DNA of 64,000 nucleotides from an uncultured Halobacteriales archaeon (GCA_964639975.1 CAZXER010000002.1:39135-103134); one strand, 5' to 3'; positions 37,242-46,005 are shown, numbered from the stretch's first letter. Made by a program: numbers and translations. Notes: generated by a model from the sequence alone, not told the origin.

Positions 37242-37679
37242 ATGCCAATCTACGCAGTCAAAACGACCGCCAGCCAGGAACGCACCGTTGCAGATATGAT
37301 CATGAACCGGGAGGAGCCCAAGATTCACGCGGCGCTCGCACCGGATTCACTCACGAGCTACGTGATGGTCGAAGCAGACGACATGGGTCCGATCGAACGG
37401 GTCCTGAACGAGATTCCACACGCCAGGACGGTGGTGCCTGGTGAGTCTGATATCGCCGAGGTCGAGCACTTCCTTTCACCGACCCCTGACGTCGAGGGGA
37501 TCGCTGAGGGCGATATCGTGGAACTGATCGCTGGTCCGTTCAAGGGTGAGAAGGCCCAGGTCCAGCGAATCGATGAGGGGAAGGATCAAGTAACGGTTGA
37601 ACTCTACGAGGCGACTGTCCCGATCCCGGTGACCGTCCGGGGTGACCAGATCCGCGTCCTCGATAGCGACGAACGGTAA
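37242..37679 (+). CDS. nusG: transcription elongation factor Spt5 (NusG)
   Basis: Trimmed to ATG 37242 (MPIYAVKTTASQERTVA). NGN domain plus KOW motif (GDIVELIAGPFKGEKAQV). Confidence 0.95.
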   Translation: MPIYAVKTTASQERTVADMIMNREEPKIHAALAPDSLTSYVMVEADDMGPIERVLNEIPHARTVVPGESDIAEVEHFLSPTPDVEGIAEGDIVELIAGPFKGEKAQVQRIDEGKDQVTVELYEATVPIPVTVRGDQIRVLDSDER

Positions 37680-37692
37680 GGGCTGCTTCGCT

Positions 37693-38844
37693 TCAGATAT
37701 CCTTGCCTTTGAGATGATTCGCCATCGTGTGCCAGAGCTCCACCAGACGCCTCACCGTCACTCGAACGGCGTGTGACGTGAGGGAGGTAACCTCCGAGAG
37801 GCCTTGGATGAGGAATCCCCCATGCGCCTCCTCGGGTCGATTGCTCGATTGGGCTGGTGTGTCGGTAGAATCATCGGTCCACTCTCGTTCACGAGCCAAT
37901 TCTTCCTCGAGTTCCTCGACGCGTTGTTCGAGCGTTCTGATCTGACGCTCTTTCTCACCGGGTGTCTGCTCGACCGTTTCGTTGGTGGTCTCGTCGATAT
38001 CGAGGGCCTCGAGGACGTCAGCATCCAGGTTCGCCTCGGGACCGCCAGCGACGTTCGCGATATCGGGGGTGGCGCCGGCATCGAGCGTTCGTTTCCGCTT
38101 GAACCGGATCCGTTGGATCTCGTCGTCCCAGTCGGTCATGAGGAAGGCCTCGCCATCGTCGAGGCTCTGGATCTGGTCGGCCGCATCGTTTCCGAGCAGC
38201 TTGCGTACGACCCTGATGTCGTTCTCCCAGGTCAATCGATGCCAGACGAGCCAGTCACACTGGGTGATGAAGTCCTTGGAGACCGCCGCCGGTCGCTGGG
38301 AGATGCCACAGAGGCCTAGCCCTCGTTTGCGACCTCGTTTGGCGATTTGGATGAGAAGCTCACCGAGTTTTCCATGGCCACCTCGCTCGGGGAGGTACTC
38401 GTGGATCTCCTCGATGACGACCAGGAACGGTTTGCGACGGGAGTCCTCCATACGGAAGATCTCGCGGAGAACCCGATCGACGAGATCGAGCCCATCTGCG
38501 ATATCCATGTACCCCGAGATGTCCAAGACGATAGGAACGTTCCCATCGAGGGCTAGTCCGGCTAACCGCTCTGCGTCATCCGGACCGACCTCGATATCTC
38601 CCGTATCATCCACCGCTGCGTGCAAGATCTGGTATCGCTCTTGGAGGCCGTAATACTCGCCATCGGTGTCGACGATCATGAGCGGGAGACCATGCTCGAG
38701 GAGCTCTTCTGCGATCACACTGGCCGTGTTACTCTTTCCTGAACCTGATTTACCCGTAATGAATCCTCGCCCGGTCAGGAGCTCACCAACCGGGAGTTCG
38801 AGGCCATCATTCGTGATGGCGATGGACTCGGGGACGTCGGTCAT
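37693..38844 (-). CDS. HerA/FtsK-superfamily P-loop ATPase (DUF87-like), orphan
   Basis: Walker A GKSGSGKSNT, Walker B FLVVIEEIHEY, arginine-finger-like ISQRP. C-terminal coiled coil (IRTLEQRVEELEEELARE) and amphipathic tail. Confidence 0.75.
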   Translation of the reverse strand: MTDVPESIAITNDGLELPVGELLTGRGFITGKSGSGKSNTASVIAEELLEHGLPLMIVDTDGEYYGLQERYQILHAAVDDTGDIEVGPDDAERLAGLALDGNVPIVLDISGYMDIADGLDLVDRVLREIFRMEDSRRKPFLVVIEEIHEYLPERGGHGKLGELLIQIAKRGRKRGLGLCGISQRPAAVSKDFITQCDWLVWHRLTWENDIRVVRKLLGNDAADQIQSLDDGEAFLMTDWDDEIQRIRFKRKRTLDAGATPDIANVAGGPEANLDADVLEALDIDETTNETVEQTPGEKERQIRTLEQRVEELEEELAREREWTDDSTDTPAQSSNRPEEAHGGFLIQGLSEVTSLTSHAVRVTVRRLVELWHTMANHLKGKDI

Positions 38845-38943
38845 CTAACAGCCCACAATACGGGGGGCACGCCATAAGGCCCTTCGGGTGCGTAGACCCT
38901 CCTCAGCCTGGTAATACCACGGTTGTCGGACATTCGTCAGACG

Positions 38944-39381
38944 TCACAAGCCGGGTCCTCGACTGAACTCTCGCCAGTGCCTGAGGCCCCAGTAACCGAG
39001 TCCGGTGGCGATCACTGCTGCGGAGACGAAGTACAGCAATAGCTGCGAATCGAAGACCTCCTCGGGCTGTTCGATGGCGAAGATGAGTCCCTCACCACCG
39101 AAGACGACGAGGACGAATCCCAACAGTCCCGAGACGATGGCTGCCCGGATGACGAGGTGGCCGTCGGCCTGGGCTGCCTCCATCGTGAGGATAACCGCGA
39201 CAAATATGATCGCTGTCAGCAGTACATATCCCGGGAAGCGTCCGGTCGTGCCAGCGGCCTCGCCGGTCAAAATCGACATGAGTCCGACGAAATTCGTGGT
39301 GAGCACGACCGTGAAGACTGCGACGAGGGCCGAGGTCCGGGCAATATATTCCCGCGTATTCGATCCCGTGGCCAACCCCAT
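38944..39381 (-). CDS. small 4-TM membrane protein, function unknown
   Basis: Four hydrophobic helices. ATG 39381 preferred over the ORF-track TTG 39408. A/T-rich ATATCCTTTT upstream. Confidence 0.55.
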   Translation of the reverse strand: MGLATGSNTREYIARTSALVAVFTVVLTTNFVGLMSILTGEAAGTTGRFPGYVLLTAIIFVAVILTMEAAQADGHLVIRAAIVSGLLGFVLVVFGGEGLIFAIEQPEEVFDSQLLLYFVSAAVIATGLGYWGLRHWREFSRGPGL

Positions 39382-39519
39382 AGAACCGCCGTCGAAGGAG
39401 CGAACCAAAAGGATATCGGCTCTATCTCAGCTGATCGGCCGGGCACGGTTGCACACCAGCACTCACGGATCAGCGTAACAGTGATACGCTCAAGTTTGTG
39501 ATGCCCCTATGTCGCATCG

Positions 39520-40272
39520 ATGGCCACCTCGAGGGTTGACCCCCACGTCAAGATCCTCGATGACCGTGTCTACCATCGGGCAATCGAGTTGAACCTCGAT
39601 GCCATCGTCTATGCACCGCATTTCACGCCGTGGCCTGAGATCGTCGAACGAGCCGAGTACTATACCGACGAGCAGCTGACGGTGGTTCCCGGTCGTGAGA
39701 TTTTCACGGGAACCTGGAGACGGCGCAAGCATGTGCTCGCCCTCGGATTGGACGAACCCATCCCCGATTTCATCAGCCTCGAATCCGCGATGGATGCCCT
39801 ACGCGCACAGGACGCTTGTGTGATCATCCCACATCCCGGCTACCTGACGATGTCACTCACGGCAGAAGATGTCCAGACCTATCGCGAGGTGATCGACGCG
39901 GTCGAGGTATTCAACCCGCGGTTCCTCCCATGGCATGCCCCGAGAGCCCGATCGATCGCCACGAATGTCCAACGCACCCCGATCGTGAGTTCATATGCGC
40001 ATCTCGTCTCGACCGTCGGGGTCGCAAGTGTTACGCTCGATCGGTCGGTTTCTTCCCCGGATGCGGTGGTCGATTCTATCAGGGCCGATGCCATCAGCGA
40101 GCTAGAGGTTCCACCATGGGGTCGACGATGGCGTCACGGTGCTGGCGAGCTGGCAGATTTGGTCCATGAGAACACGATCGCCAAGCTGCGCCGGGTACGC
40201 GGGTCAGACATCGAGGCCACTCACCCGGAGGCCTCGCTTTACAACGGCCGATTCGACATCGATGGCGGGTGA
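39520..40272 (+). CDS. PHP-domain (polymerase/histidinol phosphatase-like) metal-dependent phosphoesterase
   Basis: VDPHVKILDD...DAIVYAPHF...IIPHPGY histidine-rich motifs of the PHP fold. Confidence 0.7.
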   Translation: MATSRVDPHVKILDDRVYHRAIELNLDAIVYAPHFTPWPEIVERAEYYTDEQLTVVPGREIFTGTWRRRKHVLALGLDEPIPDFISLESAMDALRAQDACVIIPHPGYLTMSLTAEDVQTYREVIDAVEVFNPRFLPWHAPRARSIATNVQRTPIVSSYAHLVSTVGVASVTLDRSVSSPDAVVDSIRADAISELEVPPWGRRWRHGAGELADLVHENTIAKLRRVRGSDIEATHPEASLYNGRFDIDGG

Positions 40273-40772
40273 TCGAGCACCTCGTTCGCGAGTGCAAGCG
40301 CGCTTCGGACCGCCTGGTGTCTGATCCCACTGCGGTCGCCATCGAATCTAAAGCGCTTCGCCACCGTTTGCGACCCGTCGTCGCCCTCTGCGGCCAACCC
40401 GATGTACACGGTCCCCACCGGTTTACCTGGACGGCCGCCACCCGGTCCGGCGAGCCCCGTTACCGACAGCCCCCAGTCTGCACCGTCGAGACGATCTCTC
40501 ACGCCGGCTGCCATCGCTCTGGCGGTCGGGCCACTGACGGCCCCGGTGTGCAAAATCGTTTGCTCGGGGACGGACAGCAACTCGATCTTCGCCTGATCGG
40601 AGTAGGTCACCAGGTCGTAGTCGAACACCTCGCTTGATCCGGCTACCGCCGTGAGCGCACCACCCAGCAGGCCACCCGTGCACGATTCCGCCAGCGCGAG
40701 GCGTTCCTCGCGGTCTCTCAACCGATCGTGAAGCTCCGTGACGGCATCGAGGACTGCCCCCTCGAATCGCAT
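40239..40772 (-). CDS. CinA C-terminal domain protein / nicotinamide-nucleotide amidohydrolase PncC-like
   Basis: LALAESCTGGLLGGALT and GTVYIGL motifs. Its 3' end overlaps the PHP gene 3' end by 34 nt. Confidence 0.85.
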   Translation of the reverse strand: MRFEGAVLDAVTELHDRLRDREERLALAESCTGGLLGGALTAVAGSSEVFDYDLVTYSDQAKIELLSVPEQTILHTGAVSGPTARAMAAGVRDRLDGADWGLSVTGLAGPGGGRPGKPVGTVYIGLAAEGDDGSQTVAKRFRFDGDRSGIRHQAVRSALALANEVLDHPPSMSNRPL

Positions 40773-40798
40773 GGTACGCGGTTCTCGGGCCCGCCTCG

Positions 40799-41536
40799 TT
40801 ACCTTTTGGGTTGGTCTCTATCTGCTACCTGCGATGCATATCGGTCGGCCTCGTGAAGCGGGAATGGGAGTTTGTAGTCGGTGACAGTCGATTGCACGAC
40901 GGCGACGGCGTCCTCAGCGCTGAGGCGGTGCCCCGGACTGACGATCACCGGGTTGATGTGGCGTGAATCGCCACTGAATTGGCGCGTCTGGAGGGCGTAA
41001 CCGATCACGGTGTCTGGTGCCCCCATCACTGCGTCGCCGGCGTAGATTGGAATCTGTGTTCCGGTCTCGAGTCCCTCCAGGGGTTTCGCTGGATCACCAC
41101 AGAGGAGTGACTTCGCCACCCCGACTGTCGGGAGGTCGAGGACTACTCCCAGATGGGTGGCCAATCCGGCCTGCCTCGGGTGGATCCGTCCGTTACCATC
41201 GACGAGGACCACGGCTGGTTCGTTCGAGAGCTCCTCGATGGCAGCGATGGCCGCTGGCCCCTCGCGAAAGGCGAGTAATCCGGGGATGTACCCGATCGAT
41301 GGCGTCTGGGTGACGTGGGCCCGCTCGACGATCTCACCATCATGGACCGCAACTGCCGCACTCACGATCTCTTCCGCGTGTGGGAATGCCTGGTCGATCC
41401 CTGCAACGATATCGTCGCTCGGATCAGTATCGATCGAGCCGCTGAAGGACGCGGCCGAGGCGACCTCGTCTTGGACCCGTCGCATTAGATCAGTGGTTTC
41501 GGCAGAGGCTGGATGCAGGTCCGGTCGTGGTGCCAT
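40799..41536 (-). CDS. nfi: endonuclease V (deoxyinosine 3' endonuclease)
   Basis: GIDQAF...YIPGLLAFREGP...VLVDGNGRIHPRQAGLATHLGVVLDLPTVGVAK. Confidence 0.9.
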   Translation of the reverse strand: MAPRPDLHPASAETTDLMRRVQDEVASAASFSGSIDTDPSDDIVAGIDQAFPHAEEIVSAAVAVHDGEIVERAHVTQTPSIGYIPGLLAFREGPAAIAAIEELSNEPAVVLVDGNGRIHPRQAGLATHLGVVLDLPTVGVAKSLLCGDPAKPLEGLETGTQIPIYAGDAVMGAPDTVIGYALQTRQFSGDSRHINPVIVSPGHRLSAEDAVAVVQSTVTDYKLPFPLHEADRYASQVADRDQPKR

Positions 41537-41539
41537 CGC

Positions 41540-42448
41540 TTAGTACCGCCCACCAGGACCAGGTGGACCACCGCCAAGATGGAACTGTCTGGGCGGTCTG
41601 ATGTTGCTTCGGCGGCTCTCGTAAGCCCCTACCGCGAGGCCGACGAGCAACCCGACGAGATGTGCCATGTGGGCAATGCCGCCGAGGTCAGATTGCCCCA
41701 TCACGACCAGCGCGAGACTGATCGCCGCGATCCCACCGGTCAGGATCCAGATGGCCATTGGCATCACTCCGAAGAGATAGACACGGAGGTTCGGATTGAA
41801 CACCGTCACGACACCGAGGATCGCCAGGGCGGCACCGCTGGCACCCAGCACACCCGTCTCGTGGACGGGAACACCCTCGAAGACATCGAAGGCGACCTGA
41901 CTGAGTCCGGCCAGGACTCCACTGATGAGAAAGAGCAGCGCAAAGCGCCGAGAACCGATATAGCGCTCTACGAGTGGTCCGAAGAAGAAAATCACGATGC
42001 TGTTGAACACGATATGGAGGATTTGAAACGGTGAATGGGCGAAAATCGAGGTTATCCAGGTCCAGACGTTTTCGGGATGTTCTGCGGTGAGGACGAACAG
42101 ATGAGTATGCAAGCTCTGACCGTCGATTATGATCGCGCTCCACTGCAGCAAGAAGGTGATCCACATCAGCAGTAAGATGAGGTACGTAGCGTTACCCCGG
42201 AAATAGGCGAGCGGTCCACCTCTAGAGGTGTCGATACCGATGCGATCGAGCAGCGACTCGTCGCCTTCATCGGTCATCACCCGGTCGTCAAACCCACTAT
42301 CGAACACGCCCCGAGTACCACTACCTTGCTCTAGCCCTGGGCAATCATGGTTCTCGGGGAGGCGGTGTGCGCTGCAGAATTGCCCGCCGCAATACCTACA
42401 GTTGTACGGCATGGATTCGTCCTCGCCACAGTACTCACACCGGGCCAT
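41540..42448 (-). CDS. rhomboid intramembrane serine protease with N-terminal AN1-type zinc finger
   Basis: Trimmed to ATG 42448 (MARCEYCGEDESMPYNCRYCGGQFCSAHRLPENHDC). Rhomboid motifs HIVFNS and GASGA within 6 TM segments. Confidence 0.85.
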   Translation of the reverse strand: MARCEYCGEDESMPYNCRYCGGQFCSAHRLPENHDCPGLEQGSGTRGVFDSGFDDRVMTDEGDESLLDRIGIDTSRGGPLAYFRGNATYLILLLMWITFLLQWSAIIIDGQSLHTHLFVLTAEHPENVWTWITSIFAHSPFQILHIVFNSIVIFFFGPLVERYIGSRRFALLFLISGVLAGLSQVAFDVFEGVPVHETGVLGASGAALAILGVVTVFNPNLRVYLFGVMPMAIWILTGGIAAISLALVVMGQSDLGGIAHMAHLVGLLVGLAVGAYESRRSNIRPPRQFHLGGGPPGPGGRY

Positions 42449-42546
42449 CGTGCATCGTGTTTCACGGTAACCGACGAAGGGCGTTTTGGTCCGTGCCGAG
42501 CGCCGGAGGGGGAGGCTTTTCCTTGTCGGTTGACCTATGAGGGGGT

Positions 42547-42972
42547 GTGCGAGAGTACGACAGAACGGTATTGCTGGAACGGATCGAGCGCGATGGCTCG
42601 ACGATCGGCGCAACCATGCCGATTTCGGTCATGGTCGATGACGAGGAGTACACGGTCCGTGAATTCATCGTGGAGGTCACCTCCACCGACGAGCTCTCAG
42701 ACACTCAGCGAGACCGGGCGGGCGAGCTCGCCAGAGCGCTCCGACGAGCGAGAAAAACGCGGCGAGACCAGTTGGTCTCCACGGTTGATGAGCGCGAACT
42801 CGGTGAACAACTCGTCGAGGAGATCGCCGGTATCGACCGTGCGTTGAACGCACTCGAGCAGCTCGATGCCCCGAGTGTTACAGCGCAAGCCGAGCAACGG
42901 GCACGAGTTGATCAGGAACGCTGGCTCTCGTTCCTCAAAGAAGCCCTCGGCCACGATACGGAGCGACACTGA
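42547..42972 (+). CDS. acidic/coiled-coil protein of unknown function, first cistron of polX operon
   Basis: 141-aa ORF (GTG 42547, alternative ATG 42616). Its TGA overlaps the polX ATG (TGATG). Confidence 0.55.
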   Translation: MREYDRTVLLERIERDGSTIGATMPISVMVDDEEYTVREFIVEVTSTDELSDTQRDRAGELARALRRARKTRRDQLVSTVDERELGEQLVEEIAGIDRALNALEQLDAPSVTAQAEQRARVDQERWLSFLKEALGHDTERH

Positions 42973-44690
42973 TGAGCAAAAACGACGAAGTCGCCCAGCG
43001 ATTCGAAGAGATGGCAGATCTGCTCGAAGCCAAGGATGTCGACTTCAAGCCCCGTGCCTATCGCCGTGCCGCGGAGCGGATCCGTGATATCGGACGACCG
43101 ATTGAGGTCATCGCGGGGGACGGTGTCGAAGCGCTCACCGAATTCGACGACATCGGCGATGCGATCGCATCGAAGATCGTGGAATATCTCGAGGAGGGCC
43201 GGATAGAGGAGCTCGAAGAGCTGAAAGCAGAGATTCCAGTCGATATGGACGCGCTGTTGCGCGTGGAGGGGCTCGGTCCGAAGCGGATCGGGACGTTGTA
43301 TCGCTCGCTCGGGATAACCGACCTCGAGGACCTCGAAGCAGCGGCGAAGGCGGGTGATATTCAGACCGTCGATGGATTCGGTCAGAAAACGGAGACCAAC
43401 ATCCTCGAGCGGATACCGTTTGCCAAGGCGGCTGCCAAGCGGCATCTCCTCGTCGACGGTATGGAGGCGGCCGAGGAGATCGTCGCAGAGCTCAGCGATG
43501 ATCCATCGGTCATTCGCTGTTCGATCGCCGGTTCGATCAGGCGGTGGCGGCCGACCGTCGGCGATGTCGATTTACTCGTGGCGACCGAGTCACCCACCTC
43601 GGTAATCAAGACGATCGAGGTGAGCGATGCGGTGGAGACCGTCCTCGAATCAGGCGAGCAGAAGGCTCGGGTTCGCTCCCCTGACGGTGTCAGCATGGAC
43701 TTCCGGTTCGTGGAGGCCTCGTCGTTCGGGGCGGCCCTTCAATACTTCACTGGGAGCCAGGCCCACAACGTGCAACTCAGACGTCGAGCAATCGATCGCG
43801 ACCTCACGGTCAACGAATACGGCGTCTTCACTGACGATGGTACCAACGTCGCCAGCGAGACCGAATCGGCCGTCTACGATGCGGTCGACCTGCCGTTGAT
43901 CGAACCGGAGCTTCGCGAGGGTCGGGGCGAGATCGAGGCCGCAGCTGCCGGCGCCTTACCCGATCTCATCGACGTCGACGATATCCGGGGCGATTTGCAC
44001 GTCCATACGACGTGGTCGGATGGAACGGTGGACATCGAGACGATGGTCGAAGCGGCAGCAGATATCGGCCATGACTTCGTCGCGATCACGGATCATGCGC
44101 CAGGCGCAGGAGTTCGGAGTGACATCACGGTCGACATCGAGGACGTCTATGCGCAGCGTGAGGCAGTGATGACTGTCAGATCGGACGCGACGATTCGCGT
44201 GTTCCACGGCCTCGAGGCAAACATCGAACCAGACGGTGGTATCGACCTCCCCGATGACCTGTTACAGGAGCTCGATATCGTGATCGCCTCACCCCATGCC
44301 GCACTCGGTCAGGATACCGAGACGGCTACCGAACGACTCATCGCTGCGATCGAACACCCGCAGGTCGATCTCATTGGGCATCCTACCGGACGCAAGCTCG
44401 GCCAGCGGCCCGGCTTTGAGCTCGATGTCGAGGCGATCGTCCAAGCTGCAGCTGCGAACGATGTGGCGCTGGAGGTAAACAGCCATCCGGTCCGCCTCGA
44501 CCTCGAGGGAGGGCCCGTCAAACGAGCGGTCGACGCTGGAGTTCCCGTGGCGATCAACACGGATGCACACCGACCCGAAGAGCTGTCGTTACAACGCTTT
44601 GGTGTCCATACCGCGAGACGGGGGTGGGCAGAAGCACCGGATTGTCTCAACACGCTGTCCCCGTCACGGCTGGACTCCTGGCTCGAATAG
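42972..44690 (+). CDS. polX: family X DNA polymerase with C-terminal PHP 3'-5' exonuclease domain
   Basis: N-terminal HhH/8-kDa-like region (FKPRAYRRAAERI), pol-beta nucleotidyltransferase GDVDLLV, and PHP motifs (DLHVHTTWSDG...TDH...INTDAH). Confidence 0.9.
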   Translation: MSKNDEVAQRFEEMADLLEAKDVDFKPRAYRRAAERIRDIGRPIEVIAGDGVEALTEFDDIGDAIASKIVEYLEEGRIEELEELKAEIPVDMDALLRVEGLGPKRIGTLYRSLGITDLEDLEAAAKAGDIQTVDGFGQKTETNILERIPFAKAAAKRHLLVDGMEAAEEIVAELSDDPSVIRCSIAGSIRRWRPTVGDVDLLVATESPTSVIKTIEVSDAVETVLESGEQKARVRSPDGVSMDFRFVEASSFGAALQYFTGSQAHNVQLRRRAIDRDLTVNEYGVFTDDGTNVASETESAVYDAVDLPLIEPELREGRGEIEAAAAGALPDLIDVDDIRGDLHVHTTWSDGTVDIETMVEAAADIGHDFVAITDHAPGAGVRSDITVDIEDVYAQREAVMTVRSDATIRVFHGLEANIEPDGGIDLPDDLLQELDIVIASPHAALGQDTETATERLIAAIEHPQVDLIGHPTGRKLGQRPGFELDVEAIVQAAAANDVALEVNSHPVRLDLEGGPVKRAVDAGVPVAINTDAHRPEELSLQRFGVHTARRGWAEAPDCLNTLSPSRLDSWLE

Positions 44691-45155
44691 ATGGGCCGAT
44701 TCCTGGTCGATCTGATGTGTGGTCGTCTCGCGGTATACCTGCGATTCTGTGGCCACGATACGGTCTACGTTGGTGATTTTGGACTGGACACAGATGAGAC
44801 GATCGTGGAGGTAGCAACGCTGACCAAACGAACAGTGCTTTCTCGTGATCGAAACGTGTGTGCGAGAGTTCCGGATGGACTGTTGCTTGAGTCGCGTTCC
44901 ATTGACGGCCAACTGGTGGAGGTTGCCACGGCTGGGATATCGATCTCGATGCCAGCACGCCCGCAGCGGTGTGGCAAGTGTAACGGATCGTTGCGCAAGC
45001 GCGATGACGCAGCCGCGGACCCCGAGTATGTACCGGATGACTGGAGCGATCCGACGTACCGCTGTATCAGGTGTGGACAGATCTACTGGACTGGATCACA
45101 CTGGGATCGCGTGGCTGCGACGATCAAGCGAGTGCAGGATGAGGTGACCGATTAA
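44691..45155 (+). CDS. Mut7-C (DUF82) PIN-like nuclease domain protein with zinc ribbon
   Basis: MGRFLVDLMCGRLAVYLRFCGHDT...RCGKCNG...RCIRCGQIYWTGSHW. The ATG directly follows the polX TAG. Confidence 0.8.
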   Translation: MGRFLVDLMCGRLAVYLRFCGHDTVYVGDFGLDTDETIVEVATLTKRTVLSRDRNVCARVPDGLLLESRSIDGQLVEVATAGISISMPARPQRCGKCNGSLRKRDDAAADPEYVPDDWSDPTYRCIRCGQIYWTGSHWDRVAATIKRVQDEVTD

Positions 45156-45970
45156 CGGGTGTTGGGTTCCCACGCACTACAGGGTTCCATATCGTCCATC
45201 GCCTCGTCGTGGTATCTACAATACGGTGAGAGCTTCCCGTTCTCGTCGGACCCATAGGTGAACTGGGCACAGTTGCCACAATACCGATCGATCGACTCGG
45301 GCTCGCTTGGCTGGCCGATGACGACTTCGCCCTCACCTCCGTCGGTAACACCCACCTGTTCCTCGTCATCTGATGCCTCGTGGGAACTCGATTGCGTCGA
45401 ACTCGCCGCGAACCAGTTGCTGCCACTCAAGCTGGCGTGTGCGAGCCCCGCCCGAGCCACCCTGAACAGTTTGGGCACACCTGTCTCAGGGGTGACATGC
45501 AGGTTCACGGTACCTCCTGGCTCGTTTCGCCGTTTGAAGGTCGCCACGGTGGTGAACAGTGACCAGGCGATCGTGATGATACCAAAGGCATAGACTGCAC
45601 TCACTATCGGGGTGAGATCACGACCATATCCGGCCCAATCGGTCGGATACGCGTACCAGAACATCGTCACACCGAGGATGGTGATACCGCCGCCGATAGC
45701 GGCAACGCCCCATGCTCGTCTGTCAGCCGGGAACAGCAAGAGTATCCCGAGCAATGCGAGTGGCACCGCGATCCCTCCGATGATGCCGGCGATATGCCTG
45801 GCATCGAAGATGCTGAGCCCGAAGGATTCAGCGATTCCCGTCGTGGCTACCAAGAGCGCCACAGTGGCGAGGCTGATACCACTGAGAAAGAGTCCAAACC
45901 CAAGGCGGAGATAGCGCTGATCTACCATCCCGCGAGATTGGGCTTCATACACCTCGCCGATGCTCGCCAT
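45152..45970 (-). CDS. membrane protein: 4 TM helices, disordered acidic/Ser-rich linker, C-terminal Cys/His zinc-knuckle-like domain
   Basis: Trimmed to ATG 45970 (MASIGEVYEA...). Four hydrophobic helices, linker SSTQSSSHEASDDEEQVGVTDGGEGE, C-terminus YCGNCAQFTYGSDENGKLSPYCRYHDEAMDDMEPC. Confidence 0.65.
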   Translation of the reverse strand: MASIGEVYEAQSRGMVDQRYLRLGFGLFLSGISLATVALLVATTGIAESFGLSIFDARHIAGIIGGIAVPLALLGILLLFPADRRAWGVAAIGGGITILGVTMFWYAYPTDWAGYGRDLTPIVSAVYAFGIITIAWSLFTTVATFKRRNEPGGTVNLHVTPETGVPKLFRVARAGLAHASLSGSNWFAASSTQSSSHEASDDEEQVGVTDGGEGEVVIGQPSEPESIDRYCGNCAQFTYGSDENGKLSPYCRYHDEAMDDMEPCSAWEPNTR

Positions 45971-46005
45971 AGGTACTACTCTGTGATGGGCGCACAAAAC
46001 GGTAC

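Noticed and set aside
42972-44690. Inteins or programmed frameshifts in large informational genes (polX, thermosome, proS, aCPSF1, tfb)
   Set aside because: All have family-typical lengths and uninterrupted single reading frames.
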